A stretch of 64,000 bases of DNA from an uncultured virus (IMG/VR IMGVR_UViG_3300017917_004074) (IMGVR_UViG_3300017917_004074), one strand, 5' to 3'. Positions 20,432 to 30,314 are shown, numbered from the stretch's first letter. Numbers and translations are program-made. Notes: generated by a model from the letters alone, not told the origin.

Positions 20432-20601
20432 TTAATCTGTACTTTTCCATGTTCTTGAAAAAAATTCCAAATAGCTAATCTATTTTCATCTACCATTTCT
20501 TTACTGTAAGATCTGTAATAAATCGATTCAGATATAAAAGATTCTAAATTAGAAGAAATATAGAGTCTTTTTTGTAATGGGTTAGTTATCTGTTCGTCCA
20601 T
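20428..20601 (-). CDS. Hypothetical 57-aa protein
   Basis: Read manually (MDEQITNPLQKRLYISS...); ATGA overlap with the primase start. Confidence 0.55.
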   Translation of the reverse strand: MDEQITNPLQKRLYISSNLESFISESIYYRSYSKEMVDENRLAIWNFFQEHGKVQIK

Positions 20602-21268
20602 TTGGTTTCCACCTATGCTCTATTATATCTTCTCCGTCTACAATATTGTGGAGCTTTGAAGCAATGTTATCGGCCAAATGTACGATCATTTCAGCATGGG
20701 AGGTCGGCATTGTTTCTGGTATCGGTGACCAAGGCCCAAGATGGCATCTTACTATTCTTAGAACTGATTGTACTGTGTCTTCATCAACATACAAAGTGGT
20801 AGAAGAACTTTCTGAAGTATATTTTTTATCTTCTTCTATACACCAATCTACAAAATTATCAACTGTATAAGGGTGAAATGGATCGTATACGCATTGTTCA
20901 GAGGGCGAATGCTTTTTACCCTTTGTTACATCATGTAGTAAAGCTGCTGCGTAAATCAAATCTCTTTCATGTACATCAAGAACGTAGGAATCAGATATTA
21001 TTTTTGCTACCCTAACCACTCTTTTTGTATGAAGGACGTTCCCCCCAAATCCGTGCTCATCGATTGGGTGATATTTTCCAGAAAAGCTGGAAGGTATTTC
21101 CCAGAAGTCTTTTGCTTTTAATAAAACTGATCGTACAAAACTTTTTAAATGAGTTGAAGAAATCAAATCTATTTCTTCAAGAAGACTGCTTAAAACTGCA
21201 TTTTCTTCTTGGTTATTTTTAAAGTATACATTTTTATCAAGAAGTTCATCTAAGATTGTTTTTTTCAT
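20582..21268 (-). CDS. HD-domain phosphohydrolase
   Basis: PSSFSGKYHP...GGNVLHTKRV, ALLHDVTK, HLGPW, VHLAD. Confidence 0.8.
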   Translation of the reverse strand: MKKTILDELLDKNVYFKNNQEENAVLSSLLEEIDLISSTHLKSFVRSVLLKAKDFWEIPSSFSGKYHPIDEHGFGGNVLHTKRVVRVAKIISDSYVLDVHERDLIYAAALLHDVTKGKKHSPSEQCVYDPFHPYTVDNFVDWCIEEDKKYTSESSSTTLYVDEDTVQSVLRIVRCHLGPWSPIPETMPTSHAEMIVHLADNIASKLHNIVDGEDIIEHRWKPNGRTDN

Positions 21269-21453
21269 TGCCGATCTCCACTCCAAAATGGACCATGTTT
21301 TTCAATTAATTGATTATATTCTTTGTCAACTAGATAGTATATAAAATCAGATAGATCAAAAAATTCTTTAAATTCCGCCATTTGATTTATTTTTTTTGTT
21401 TGCTCTCTAGTAAACATTACACCAAGTCTATAATCGTCATATTCTCTTGACAT
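21265..21453 (-). CDS. Small hypothetical protein; ends GAT-CGG-CAA-TGA
   Basis: ORF in operon context; carries the one untestable in-frame CGG (21271-21273). Confidence 0.55.
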   Translation of the reverse strand: MSREYDDYRLGVMFTREQTKKINQMAEFKEFFDLSDFIYYLVDKEYNQLIEKHGPFWSGDRQ

Positions 21454-22228
21454 CTTTCCAGCCTTTCCACTTTGAACATGGTTTATCAAACGGACACTTT
21501 TTACAGTACCAGGTTAAACCCCTACGAGGAACAAATGCTTCCTCGTTGACTATCTCTTCAGTCCAAAATTCTAAAGCCATTATATCTTCATCATCAATAT
21601 CATATTCCTCAAATGCTATTTTTGGTTGAGCAAAGTCTATGTAACCAAATTTAGTTTGTTTTATTTTATTTGGATTTTTAAATGAATAGACATGTCTCAT
21701 CGCAGCAAAGTCTATTTCATACATATTTTGATGACTATCTTTATAATTAAATAAAAACTTAATTACATAGTATTTATTATTCTTAGCTAAGATAACATCA
21801 AATACATATTTGATTTTAGCATTTCGTGTAACCGGGACTATGCACTCGTCGTTTATAGATATAGGTATAAAGTTTTCGTCACTAAAATTTTTATGGAATG
21901 ACAACAATATAGAAGCTGCTTTTGTTGTTAGACTGGCGTTGTTTCCATAAGCGCTCTCATGCTTTTCTGTGATTATGTCATAGTGAGAAACATCTTCAGA
22001 GAACCACAGTTTTTCCCATCTGTTTAACAACGAAGAATATGATGGAGCGTAACCTCCTTGTTTTTTATAAAAGAAATAGTAAATAATATCTTTTATAGTG
22101 TTTTCAAATCTTTCAGCTATAAGATCCCTGCTTTGTATTTTTTCCAAAAGCTGATCTTCATGTCTGTATTTATATAAAAGAGCACATGTTTGAAAGTCTT
22201 TTAGACCTTTTGTAGTTATTAGTTTCAT
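21437..22228 (-). CDS. Degenerate PD-(D/E)XK (Cas4/AddB-like) protein
   Basis: KDFQTCALLYKY...YCKKCPFDKPC Fe-S-type Cys pattern; catalytic motif appears eroded. Confidence 0.6.
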   Translation of the reverse strand: MKLITTKGLKDFQTCALLYKYRHEDQLLEKIQSRDLIAERFENTIKDIIYYFFYKKQGGYAPSYSSLLNRWEKLWFSEDVSHYDIITEKHESAYGNNASLTTKAASILLSFHKNFSDENFIPISINDECIVPVTRNAKIKYVFDVILAKNNKYYVIKFLFNYKDSHQNMYEIDFAAMRHVYSFKNPNKIKQTKFGYIDFAQPKIAFEEYDIDDEDIMALEFWTEEIVNEEAFVPRRGLTWYCKKCPFDKPCSKWKGWKDVKRI

Positions 22229-23688
22229 TATGAAAAGTCTCCATTGTTTAATAAGTCATCTAATATCGATGAAGCATCATACGATGCACTTGTAACCATT
22301 TCATATTCTTCATATGTTTTTTTAGAATCCACGTATCTTACCAGGGGAGGCTCATAGGCAAAGGCTGAACCGGTGATTCTATTTTTGGGTATCTGCAGCT
22401 GCATTATGTTTTCATCTTCTGAGTCATCGCCACTGATTAGCTTTTTCTCAGTAATAAATATTGTAATCGCACACTTTTGCTGAATGGCAAGTGATCCACC
22501 GGTATCCGACTGAAGTACTACTTCTCTTCTTTCTTTCATTCTATTGGAATTTTCTTGTGCAGTTATGATTAGTACACAGTTCATGTCTCTGGCTATTTTT
22601 TCTAAACGGACCATCATTTCTTCAAACTCACCCCATCTAGCTTTACCCTTTGATCGAGTAAACATTGACTGTATGGTGTCGATAACTATGACGTCAGGAA
22701 TATCTTGATTTTGTAATAAAATTTCCCTTAACCATTTTTCTAAATCTTCAAAATATGGAGTATCTGGATCATGCTTGACCATGAGCCTTTCGCCCCATTG
22801 TGTCAATTTATTAATAAATGTATTCATATACTTTTTCTTATCTTCGTCATTCCAAGTAGCTACTTCGGCATAAACGTTTCTGCCAATTATTTGTGTCATC
22901 AATATTCTTTCCCAGTGGCTTTTGGCTTCCTCAAAGTTAACATACAAAGCTCTGTATCCATTGTCCAACCAATTATTAACCAGGCATTTAGCAAATGTGC
23001 TTTTTCCTTTTCCCGATGCAGCTATTATCGCATGCACTGATCCCCTATAGAAGCCCCCATCATTTGTGTATCCCATGGCCCTATTCAGCGATTTATATTG
23101 AGTTGGCAAAAAGTCTGGAGTATCTAAAAGAGAATCTATTTTTTCTATTATTTCTTTTGCAGTTACAACTCCATCGTAGGGATTGTAATTAATTTGGTTT
23201 TCAAGAGTAGTTATCTCAATAGCCAAAGATGTCATCTTTGATAAGTCTTCTTCTGACTTTAAACCCTTTTGACTTAAAATAAACTCCAGCTCTTTTAATA
23301 AATTTCTTTGTTTAATCTTGTTGTACTTGTGTTTTATGACCTTTGTTACAGCTTCGGGCGTAGAAAGATCCATACTACCCAAAACACCCATTATCATATC
23401 AACGCCATGTTGACCATTTAGAGCTTCGTATAAGTCACTTTCGGTGTGCATCCATGTCTTAAATGCAACAGGATCTACAATGTCTAATTCTGTAGATGTC
23501 GAATAGGCAACAAGGGCTTTATAAAACTCGTTGATTCCATTTTGCCCCTCTAACAAACCAACCATCTCTGGCTGCAGGTTATCTTTAAAGAAAGATATTG
23601 CGCCATTTTGCCTAAAAGAAAGAGCAAAAATTTGATATTCAATAGGATAAATATCCGTAGTGATGGGTGCTACCGAACTATCTGTCAT
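22228..23688 (-). CDS. dnaB: Replicative DnaB-like (SF4) helicase
   Basis: AASGKGKST Walker A, VIVIDTIQ, IITAQEN, IPKNR. Confidence 0.8.
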   Translation of the reverse strand: MTDSSVAPITTDIYPIEYQIFALSFRQNGAISFFKDNLQPEMVGLLEGQNGINEFYKALVAYSTSTELDIVDPVAFKTWMHTESDLYEALNGQHGVDMIMGVLGSMDLSTPEAVTKVIKHKYNKIKQRNLLKELEFILSQKGLKSEEDLSKMTSLAIEITTLENQINYNPYDGVVTAKEIIEKIDSLLDTPDFLPTQYKSLNRAMGYTNDGGFYRGSVHAIIAASGKGKSTFAKCLVNNWLDNGYRALYVNFEEAKSHWERILMTQIIGRNVYAEVATWNDEDKKKYMNTFINKLTQWGERLMVKHDPDTPYFEDLEKWLREILLQNQDIPDVIVIDTIQSMFTRSKGKARWGEFEEMMVRLEKIARDMNCVLIITAQENSNRMKERREVVLQSDTGGSLAIQQKCAITIFITEKKLISGDDSEDENIMQLQIPKNRITGSAFAYEPPLVRYVDSKKTYEEYEMVTSASYDASSILDDLLNNGDFS

Positions 23689-24326
23689 GATATTTTTTCC
23701 TATTTTTCATCTTTCTATACAAATCTTTTTTTCTTTTATTGTACTTCTTTTTTTGTTCCTGATAATACTTATTGGTTTTTACACTTTTTTTGGATGATTT
23801 ATTTTCTATTGGCTTTGCAGAACGAATTGCCTGTAGCATTCTATCATAGACTGCTTGTTCCGTAAGCAGATCATTATATCTGAAAACTATTAAAACTATT
23901 CCAAGTTCTTCACATTTTTGTAGTTTTTTCTTGTCTCTTTCTACAGCTTGCTCAAAATCGTACTTTGATTCAAAAAATCTTTGAGTATAGTAAAAGTGCT
24001 GTCGTCCGATGAAATTCAGCTGCTACCTTAAAAGATGGACAATAGACATCTAATTTTAGCTTTTCACCTATATGAAATTCATTAACAACCTTTTGACCAG
24101 GAAGAAGCTTTTTCATTACATGGGTTAAAGCGGCTTGGCCCCTAGAAGATTTTTTCTTTTGTTCTTTGATCCAATTTAAACCAAGAGCAGATATTCTTTT
24201 ATTTAAATCTTTATAAGATATATCTATTTCTTTTGCTATTTCCGATAGCGTTAATTCTGAATCAAATAATAAATCTATTAAGAATAGGTCATCTTCTTTA
24301 TCAGTTTTTATATGTTTTTTTTCCAT
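23678..24326 (-). CDS. HTH plus Vsr/DUF559-like endonuclease; needs +1 skip at CGG 24006-24008
   Basis: LTLSEIAKEI HTH; LKLDVYCP...AAEFH-(C)-GRQHFYY...RDKKKLQKCEELGIVLIVFRY. Confidence 0.8.
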
Positions 24327-24984
24327 TAAACTTTGTCCTATCAACTGATTTTGTTTTAGAAAAACTAATAACTTTTCCTAAATCTAAAATGGATAAGTTG
24401 AAATTTTCCCAAATTCTATGCGCTAAACCGGCAGAGAGGACAGGACAGTCTAATATTACTGTATCGCTTACTTCTTTAACTTTATCGAGAGACTCACAGA
24501 TATCATCAAGTTTGTCATAAAAGTTATTATAAGGCACATGAATATGTGCAGCGGGCAAGCCAAGCACGCGCGATACATGCTTTTTCTCGTTAAAAGAAAC
24601 AATAATATATGGTGCTTTTTCTATATAAAATTCCACGAATGATTTAAATATCATTTCATTCGTATGAAAATAGTTTTCTAAAGTTGAAGAATTAAAATAA
24701 ATAGACTCATTACTAAAAATTGATAAATCCAACTCATCATCTTTTTCTGCAGAGAAAACAAACGATGACGGTACTGCTTTCATATAACTTGAATCATCAA
24801 TAGAAAAAGATTTTTTAATATCTTCTATAAATGCTGGAGGAACACCCTTGCCGTCATTGGAGCTTAGCGCAAGTAAAACAGTTTTTGGAAAAGAAACAAA
24901 TGCGTATTTATTTTTCCCAAGCATTTTTTTAGTAAGCGTCTGAATCGTTTGTGTTTGTGAAGTTATTTTGATTTTGTTTTTCAT
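24301..24984 (-). CDS. GT-D-fold-like hypothetical protein
   Basis: C-terminal VILDCPVLSAGLAHRIW...ILDLGK resembles GT-D family ends; lies next to a GT2 gene. Confidence 0.45.
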   Translation of the reverse strand: MKNKIKITSQTQTIQTLTKKMLGKNKYAFVSFPKTVLLALSSNDGKGVPPAFIEDIKKSFSIDDSSYMKAVPSSFVFSAEKDDELDLSIFSNESIYFNSSTLENYFHTNEMIFKSFVEFYIEKAPYIIVSFNEKKHVSRVLGLPAAHIHVPYNNFYDKLDDICESLDKVKEVSDTVILDCPVLSAGLAHRIWENFNLSILDLGKVISFSKTKSVDRTKFNGKKTYKN

Positions 24985-24985
24985 T

Positions 24986-25696
24986 TTATACTCCAAAGTT
25001 TCCCCATGTTATTAGTGTTGGACTGACATCAATTATTGATTCTATGTGTTTAATATTATGGAATTCTCCTCTATCTATTGTTGAATATCTGTCATATTTT
25101 GATTGCTTGTCTTCGTCTTTTTGATAGCCCATATGCTTCATGATAAGTCCAGAATTAAGCCAATAGTTTCTTTGGCTTATCCAGTCTCTCACATAAGATG
25201 GTTCAGATCCACACGCTAATTTACGATTTAAAAATCCACCATTTTCTTTAAATCTAAAAATTCTAGAACTATTGTTTGGCGCCCATAGCTTGTCTTGCCT
25301 ATATTGTCCTTCATTCCACATATGGTAAAATTTAACATTAACTACGTCAAATTCGGATTTATCCAAGACCTCTCTAATGTTAAGAGAATCTAAGTCCTCT
25401 TTTTTATAGAGCATTTCGTCGCAATCAATCGCAACAATCCAATCTCCGACTTTAGCAAATTCAGAAAGATTGCCCCAAGCAAACGCACGAAGTTGTCCTT
25501 CGTGTTTTGTGAACAGCGGTTCTGGGGTTTGGAATGTTGAACAATATTGTTTAGCTATTGACAAAGTGTTGTCATCAGAACAATCATCTGTAAATATTAT
25601 ATGATCTACTTGCTGAGAAAGTCTCTCAAGAACTTCTTTAAGATATCTACTTTCTTCATTCCTGCCGACCATCTGGGCATATATTTTATAATTCAT
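24986..25696 (-). CDS. Glycosyltransferase family 2
   Basis: RNEESRYL, FTDDCSDDNT, WIVAIDCDE, KHMGY. Confidence 0.85.
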   Translation of the reverse strand: MNYKIYAQMVGRNEESRYLKEVLERLSQQVDHIIFTDDCSDDNTLSIAKQYCSTFQTPEPLFTKHEGQLRAFAWGNLSEFAKVGDWIVAIDCDEMLYKKEDLDSLNIREVLDKSEFDVVNVKFYHMWNEGQYRQDKLWAPNNSSRIFRFKENGGFLNRKLACGSEPSYVRDWISQRNYWLNSGLIMKHMGYQKDEDKQSKYDRYSTIDRGEFHNIKHIESIIDVSPTLITWGNFGV

Positions 25697-25718
25697 AAAT
25701 TTTCCTTACACTAGGAAG

Positions 25719-25756
25719 TGGGGGAAGCGCCGATCACACCAACGACGCTTCCCCCA
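25719..25756. terminator. GC-rich hairpin downstream of a small gene
   Basis: TGGGGGAAGCG/CGCTTCCCCCA inverted repeat; weak U tract. Confidence 0.5.
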
Positions 25757-25768
25757 AACTGTTAACTA

Positions 25769-25951
25769 CTAAATTTCGAGCATTTCCCTAACGCTGACAG
25801 CAGAGACGCGCTCTACATCAGTGTTAGTGGAAAGAATTTCACCCTTGACATTTTTGCGGCCAAGAGCAACCTTCTCTGCATCTGACTTATTCTTTGCCTT
25901 AACAAGGAATGAAGTCGTAACCTCAAAGTAGTTGAACTTATTATCTGACAT
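25769..25951 (-). CDS. Small hypothetical protein
   Basis: AAGGA SD before MSDNKFNY; upstream TATAAT. Confidence 0.65.
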   Translation of the reverse strand: MSDNKFNYFEVTTSFLVKAKNKSDAEKVALGRKNVKGEILSTNTDVERVSAVSVREMLEI

Positions 25952-26031
25952 ATTTTTTCCTTTATGAGTGTAGTGGTTAATTACGAGAACCAATTATACA
26001 TAAGCATGAGAAAAAAATCAACTTGTGCCAC

Positions 26032-26072
26032 AAAAAAGATATCCCCTCCAGCAATATCTGCTGGAGGGGATA
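26032..26072 (-). terminator. Intrinsic terminator
   Basis: Perfect 14-bp stem TATCCCCTCCAGCA/TGCTGGAGGGGATA followed by TCTTTTTT on the minus strand. Confidence 0.85.
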
Positions 26073-26098
26073 CCCTAGCGCCGGTTTCCGTACTTTCT

Positions 26099-26107
26099 AT
26101 TATAGCA
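26099..26107 (-). promoter_or_regulatory. Extended -10 promoter flanked by GTACGGAAA direct repeats
   Basis: GTACGGAAATC-TGCTATAAT-AGAAAGTACGGAAA. Confidence 0.55.
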
Positions 26108-26121
26108 GATTTCCGTACTAC

Positions 26122-26607
26122 CTACACAACTATTTCTTTTTGCACTGGCCAATAATATGGAGTTATTTCGTTAGGTTTTTTGTTTTGAGCTTTTGCTGTA
26201 GACATAGCTTCTTTTACTTCATTAATCAAAACAAGATCTTCTTTAAAGAAAGGGAAATAATATTCCCAATCCTTTTTTAACAGATTTGCCCTATGGGATC
26301 TATGAAGACTTTCATTTCCAAACCAAGATGGAAGTTGTGCCTCTATTAAAATGTTTTCAAACTGCATTGTGTTTTTGTATCCTCTTTTTATCCATTCTCG
26401 AATGGTGTAATTTTGATAAACTTGCAGAGCAGCTTCGTAGCCTTTCCACATAAGGGTGACCGGATGGTTTCTCCAGCCCTTTGTTTCTGTTCTGTCTAAT
26501 AAAATATTTAATACTTGAAACGTTTCGACTCTCTGTTTACCGAGTCTTTTCGAGTCAAGTATTTGGACAGATTTTTCAAAATCTGGATACGGCAGAAAGG
26601 TCTGCAT
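26122..26607 (-). CDS. MSMEG_6728-family / pyrimidine-dimer glycosylase-like protein
   Basis: MQTFLPYPDF...LDSKRLGKQRVET.Q...GWRNHP...HRSHRANLLKKD...PYYWP. Confidence 0.8.
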   Translation of the reverse strand: MQTFLPYPDFEKSVQILDSKRLGKQRVETFQVLNILLDRTETKGWRNHPVTLMWKGYEAALQVYQNYTIREWIKRGYKNTMQFENILIEAQLPSWFGNESLHRSHRANLLKKDWEYYFPFFKEDLVLINEVKEAMSTAKAQNKKPNEITPYYWPVQKEIVV

Positions 26608-27008
26608 TAACTTTCTTTCTTAAACTCTGTCCAAGTTTTATCGCCTACACCATAGTATTCCCTTGCAAGCCCGGCAGCAACAATGTCTGTATTGAGACAG
26701 TTGCCACTTGAGTCCCAAACTTTTGCCAAAACTCGACCATACTTTTCATTTTTATCTATTACAGTTTCAATCTTGACTTTGTGATTTGCTCGAGTAAGCC
26801 ACTGGTCAGTAAACTCCTTTGCCGCTAGGCCCTTCTGCTTTTCTTCTACATTAGAAGTACGACTTTCGGGAGTGTTAACTCCATAGAGGCGAACTCTACC
26901 CTTCTTCAGTGTATCAAAACCAAGGTCAATAATAATATCAAAAGTATCACCATCTACTACCTTTTTTACTTCTGCGTTATAGATCCAGGGATTTAGTTTG
27001 TCTGACAT
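26607..27008 (-). CDS. Thermonuclease (SNase-like)
   Basis: VVDGDTFD, RVRLYGVNTPE, KYGRVLA, GLAREY. Confidence 0.9.
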   Translation of the reverse strand: MSDKLNPWIYNAEVKKVVDGDTFDIIIDLGFDTLKKGRVRLYGVNTPESRTSNVEEKQKGLAAKEFTDQWLTRANHKVKIETVIDKNEKYGRVLAKVWDSSGNCLNTDIVAAGLAREYYGVGDKTWTEFKKES

Positions 27009-27016
27009 ATTTTCTC

Positions 27017-27548
27017 CTATTGTTTTATATTTTTAGAATGCGAAACTGCTATAAACTTATAGTTATTTTTTACAGTTTTTGAACCGTGTAAAACAGTATT
27101 ATCTATAATGATTATATCACCGTTTTTAGGCTTTATGACAACTTCTTCATCTCTTTGATTTATCATATAAAATTCCCCGCCATCATAATTATCATTTAGG
27201 TAAAAAATAAAAGAAACAAATTTTTCTACTGAAACATTGTTTACTTGATAGATGTCTTTATGAAGATTAAGCTTTTCATTTTTTGGATACTTAAAAACAT
27301 GGCTAGGATTAATCCTATCTATTTTTATTGAACTAGAATATGAATTAACAATGTTTATTAACTTTTGATCTCTATTATCTCTGCTAAGAATATCAGAAAA
27401 TTTTTCCTGCCAAATACCTATTTCTTTTTCATCAAGATGCATATGATATCCGCTGACCTTTATCGTGCCAGCTAAAAAAATCGTATACTATTTCAAGAAA
27501 CTTCCATTGATCTTCTTTGTCAAAAAACTGCTTGAGATGCAAAAACAC
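27017..27548 (-). CDS. 2OG-Fe(II) oxygenase; needs +1 skip at CGG 27450-27452
   Basis: GTG start, FLHLKQFFDKEDQW...KGQ-(C)-GYHMHLDE; LHKD, YLNDNYDGGEF, LHGSK. Confidence 0.7.
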
Positions 27549-27549
27549 A

Positions 27550-28353
27550 TTAATCTCTTTCTATACCCATGTAATCACATGCATTGCGGAATATTGATTG
27601 GCTTACCTTAAACTGAGCGTCAGCATGGCTGTAGCCCTCTCCGGGCTTTGGCGAAGACGCATGCCAGCTGTGGCCTATGGAAACGGATCCATCGTAAACA
27701 ACATTGTACCCAAGATGACGAGCAAAATAGGAACACCAGGTCTCTTCATAGTAGTGTGGAGTTGGTAAAAATGCGCCAACAGCATCTGGATACAGTTCTC
27801 TGTACTTGGAATTATTTGTCAAGTTATCCCAAACAGACCTTCTGATAAAGTACGCAGAACCAGAGATTGTTACACAATTAATTCTATCTCTATACAAAAC
27901 GTCACCTGGATCTGGCTCCATCCAACCCCTATGGGCTGGTTTTGTATTTGTACCCACAATCCCCGCATGTCTAATTAGACCATACTCATCTCTTTGTTTT
28001 GGCCCAAGTATATGTATATCTTTTTCTTGATTAAAAATTTTACAGATATTTGTTATGTCTTTGTTTGTAAACCACACGTCTGCATTTAGAAGAGCAATAA
28101 CGCTATTGGAACCTCTTAATGCTAACTTGTTACACGCTGCAGAATAGCCTATATTTTTATTCAAAGATATTCTATCTATGCAGTATTTGTCATCATTTGA
28201 TCTAAGCCAATTAATAGTATCATCACTTGAATCATTGTCTGCAATATATAGATTCCAGTTTTTTTCGTTGGAATTTAACCCTTCATGCAGAGAATCAAGT
28301 AGTCTTTCCAGAAGGGGTCTAGTATTGTAGTTAACAATACAAAGATCAATCAT
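27550..28353 (-). CDS. Glycosyltransferase family 2 (WbbL-like)
   Basis: IVNYNT, DNDSSDDT, NIGYSAACN, LLNADV, YYEET. Confidence 0.85.
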   Translation of the reverse strand: MIDLCIVNYNTRPLLERLLDSLHEGLNSNEKNWNLYIADNDSSDDTINWLRSNDDKYCIDRISLNKNIGYSAACNKLALRGSNSVIALLNADVWFTNKDITNICKIFNQEKDIHILGPKQRDEYGLIRHAGIVGTNTKPAHRGWMEPDPGDVLYRDRINCVTISGSAYFIRRSVWDNLTNNSKYRELYPDAVGAFLPTPHYYEETWCSYFARHLGYNVVYDGSVSIGHSWHASSPKPGEGYSHADAQFKVSQSIFRNACDYMGIERD

Positions 28354-28639
28354 TTTCGAACCTATTTTCTATTACGCTTTTAAATGCGTTATCTTCGTTC
28401 ATGCCAAAGTCGATATATTTTTTATACTTAGCGTAGGCTTCTTCTACATTCTTTGAATCAAAGAATTCTATAAAAGAATTATATGGTTTATAATTTTGCT
28501 CTTTTGAAAAAAAATCATAACCAATAGTGTGACTTAACAGTGTAGGTTTTAATTGCGCTTTATTTCTTTTCCAAAAAATATAAAAAGATATCCCCAGCAG
28601 CGCTGCTGTTGAAAAGTATTTAATTCCAGTAGTCTTCAT
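28346..28639 (-). CDS. Hypothetical membrane-anchored protein
   Basis: N-terminal hydrophobic segment. Confidence 0.55.
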   Translation of the reverse strand: MKTTGIKYFSTAALLGISFYIFWKRNKAQLKPTLLSHTIGYDFFSKEQNYKPYNSFIEFFDSKNVEEAYAKYKKYIDFGMNEDNAFKSVIENRFEND

Positions 28640-28865
28640 CGTCTAATCCACCATCTGTTGCAACATAGACGTTTTCTATCGCGGCGTTTACAGCGTTAAC
28701 TATTCGCATAAACATAGCTTTCTCTTCTGGAGAAACTTGGCCCCCTAAAAGGGTGGCATATGTTTTTTGAACATGGAGAAGAATTTGGAGATCTTCTATC
28801 AAAAATGTTTGACCGGATTCTAGTTTTATGTTAACTTTCTTTTTTTTATTGGTTTTCTTACTCAC
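28620..28865 (-). CDS. Hypothetical protein
   Basis: ORF in operon context. Confidence 0.6.
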   Translation of the reverse strand: MSKKTNKKKKVNIKLESGQTFLIEDLQILLHVQKTYATLLGGQVSPEEKAMFMRIVNAVNAAIENVYVATDGGLDDEDYWN

Positions 28866-29109
28866 TGCTCTTTGCTTTCTTTTTTGTTTTTTTTACTTCC
28901 GTGTCTTCTTCCGGCAAATCATCTGCGGATGTTACATACGCACATAAGCTATCGGTATCTGGTTCAAAGGTAACAAACAAAATTCTTTTATCTTTTTCCG
29001 AATAACCATCCGGTGGCGGTGATTCAATTGCTATTTTCTTAGATGAACACCCATAGACCTGGCTATGATTTTTGTATACAACAATGTAATTTAATTTTGA
29101 CGCTGGCAT
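28858..29109 (-). CDS. Hypothetical protein
   Basis: ORF in operon context. Confidence 0.6.
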   Translation of the reverse strand: MPASKLNYIVVYKNHSQVYGCSSKKIAIESPPPDGYSEKDKRILFVTFEPDTDSLCAYVTSADDLPEEDTEVKKTKKKAKSSE

Positions 29110-29113
29110 ATGC

Positions 29114-29278
29114 TTATAATACTATCACAATTCCAGTAAGAATACTTAGCAGTACCGCAATTAAAATTGCCGTTAGTCGTTGAGACGAATCATTAGATTT
29201 AACTGCTGAAAAATGCATTCCTATTGTCCAATTAATAAATAAAACAAAAAGAACAATTTTTATAATATTGGTAAACAT
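29114..29278 (-). CDS. Small two-TM membrane protein (54 aa)
   Basis: Read manually: MFTNIIKIVLFVLFINWTIG...LTAILIAVLLSILTGIVIVL. Confidence 0.6.
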   Translation of the reverse strand: MFTNIIKIVLFVLFINWTIGMHFSAVKSNDSSQRLTAILIAVLLSILTGIVIVL

Positions 29279-29284
29279 ATTGAT

Positions 29285-29980
29285 TTATCCAACTAGTCTA
29301 CCAATAGTTATTGGAAATTTTTCTTTAGACAACGCGTATACCGCTTTAGCATATTCTTGAATTTCCACTTGTGAATCTTCTGCTAATCTTTGAGTTAAAA
29401 ATAAGCACACCGACTGTAGACTACAGGACCACCTGTATACAACATGCATTCCATACGCAGGGAGAAACAGTCTGGCCTGCTCTGGCGCAACACCCTGCTC
29501 TAAAGCCATGTTGTAAAGAGCCTCGCCTTGTTTTATAAGTTTTTTTAATTCGTCCGTAAGGAGTGCGCCATGCCATGGGCCTATTGGGCCACCAGATCCC
29601 TGTTTTTTATCTTCCGGCGCCATTCTCCATTGATCCGATTCAGGTACATAAAATTCTGGATCCATAGTCACATATCTTCTAGACGACTCATTCCAGGAAT
29701 CCATAGTGTGATCAGAACCTACTACATACTTCCAATGCTGTCTAGCAACCATTAGGGGTGCTTTAATTTCAAAAGTCATAAAAGCGTGTCTAAATGGGGA
29801 CATATGATTTTCTCTAATCAAAAAATCTATTAGTCTAGCGTCCTTGGGGGATAATTCTTTTGACTCTTTTGCAAAAGACGCTCGAGCTGCGTTGACGACA
29901 GAGAGATCATCCCCCATAGAGTCGACAAGTCTTACGTAACCATTGCCCAAGACTTTAACTATATTAGTGTCATTCTCCAT
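29285..29980 (-). CDS. thyX: FAD-dependent thymidylate synthase
   Basis: VNAARASF, HMSPFRH, VARQHWKY, WNESSRRY, EQARLFLP, SQVEIQEYA. Confidence 0.9.
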   Translation of the reverse strand: MENDTNIVKVLGNGYVRLVDSMGDDLSVVNAARASFAKESKELSPKDARLIDFLIRENHMSPFRHAFMTFEIKAPLMVARQHWKYVVGSDHTMDSWNESSRRYVTMDPEFYVPESDQWRMAPEDKKQGSGGPIGPWHGALLTDELKKLIKQGEALYNMALEQGVAPEQARLFLPAYGMHVVYRWSCSLQSVCLFLTQRLAEDSQVEIQEYAKAVYALSKEKFPITIGRLVG

Positions 29981-30313
29981 TAGTCTTCCTCTGGTAAAAA
30001 TATAGGATCATCATCCATTAAGTCTAGCATATATGTATTAAAATCGCTAGATTTTTTGTATAAAGATCTTAATAAATTATTTATATCAGAAGGAATTTCA
30101 TAATCTTCGTTTTTAAAATCAAATAAATTTTTGATAATGATATTTATCTCTTGAACTGAGCTGATTAATTCCGTGTTTAATTCAGTACAAAACTCTATAT
30201 AACGTTCTGTTTTGATCTTTTGTAAATGTTCTGAATTATTTATATCAAAATTCAACATCATCTCTTTAAAGATTTTATTTATATTTTCTTGATTTTCTCC
30301 GAAAATTATTCAT
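29980..30313 (-). CDS. Hypothetical protein; needs +1 skip at CGG 30299-30301
   Basis: ATG directly after the nrdJ stop: MNNF-(C)-GENQENINKIFKEMMLNF. Confidence 0.55.
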
Positions 30314-30314
30314 A

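Noticed and set aside
21437..22228. Cas4 as evidence of a CRISPR system
   Set aside because: No other cas genes or array; such PD-(D/E)XK proteins are common in phage replication modules.
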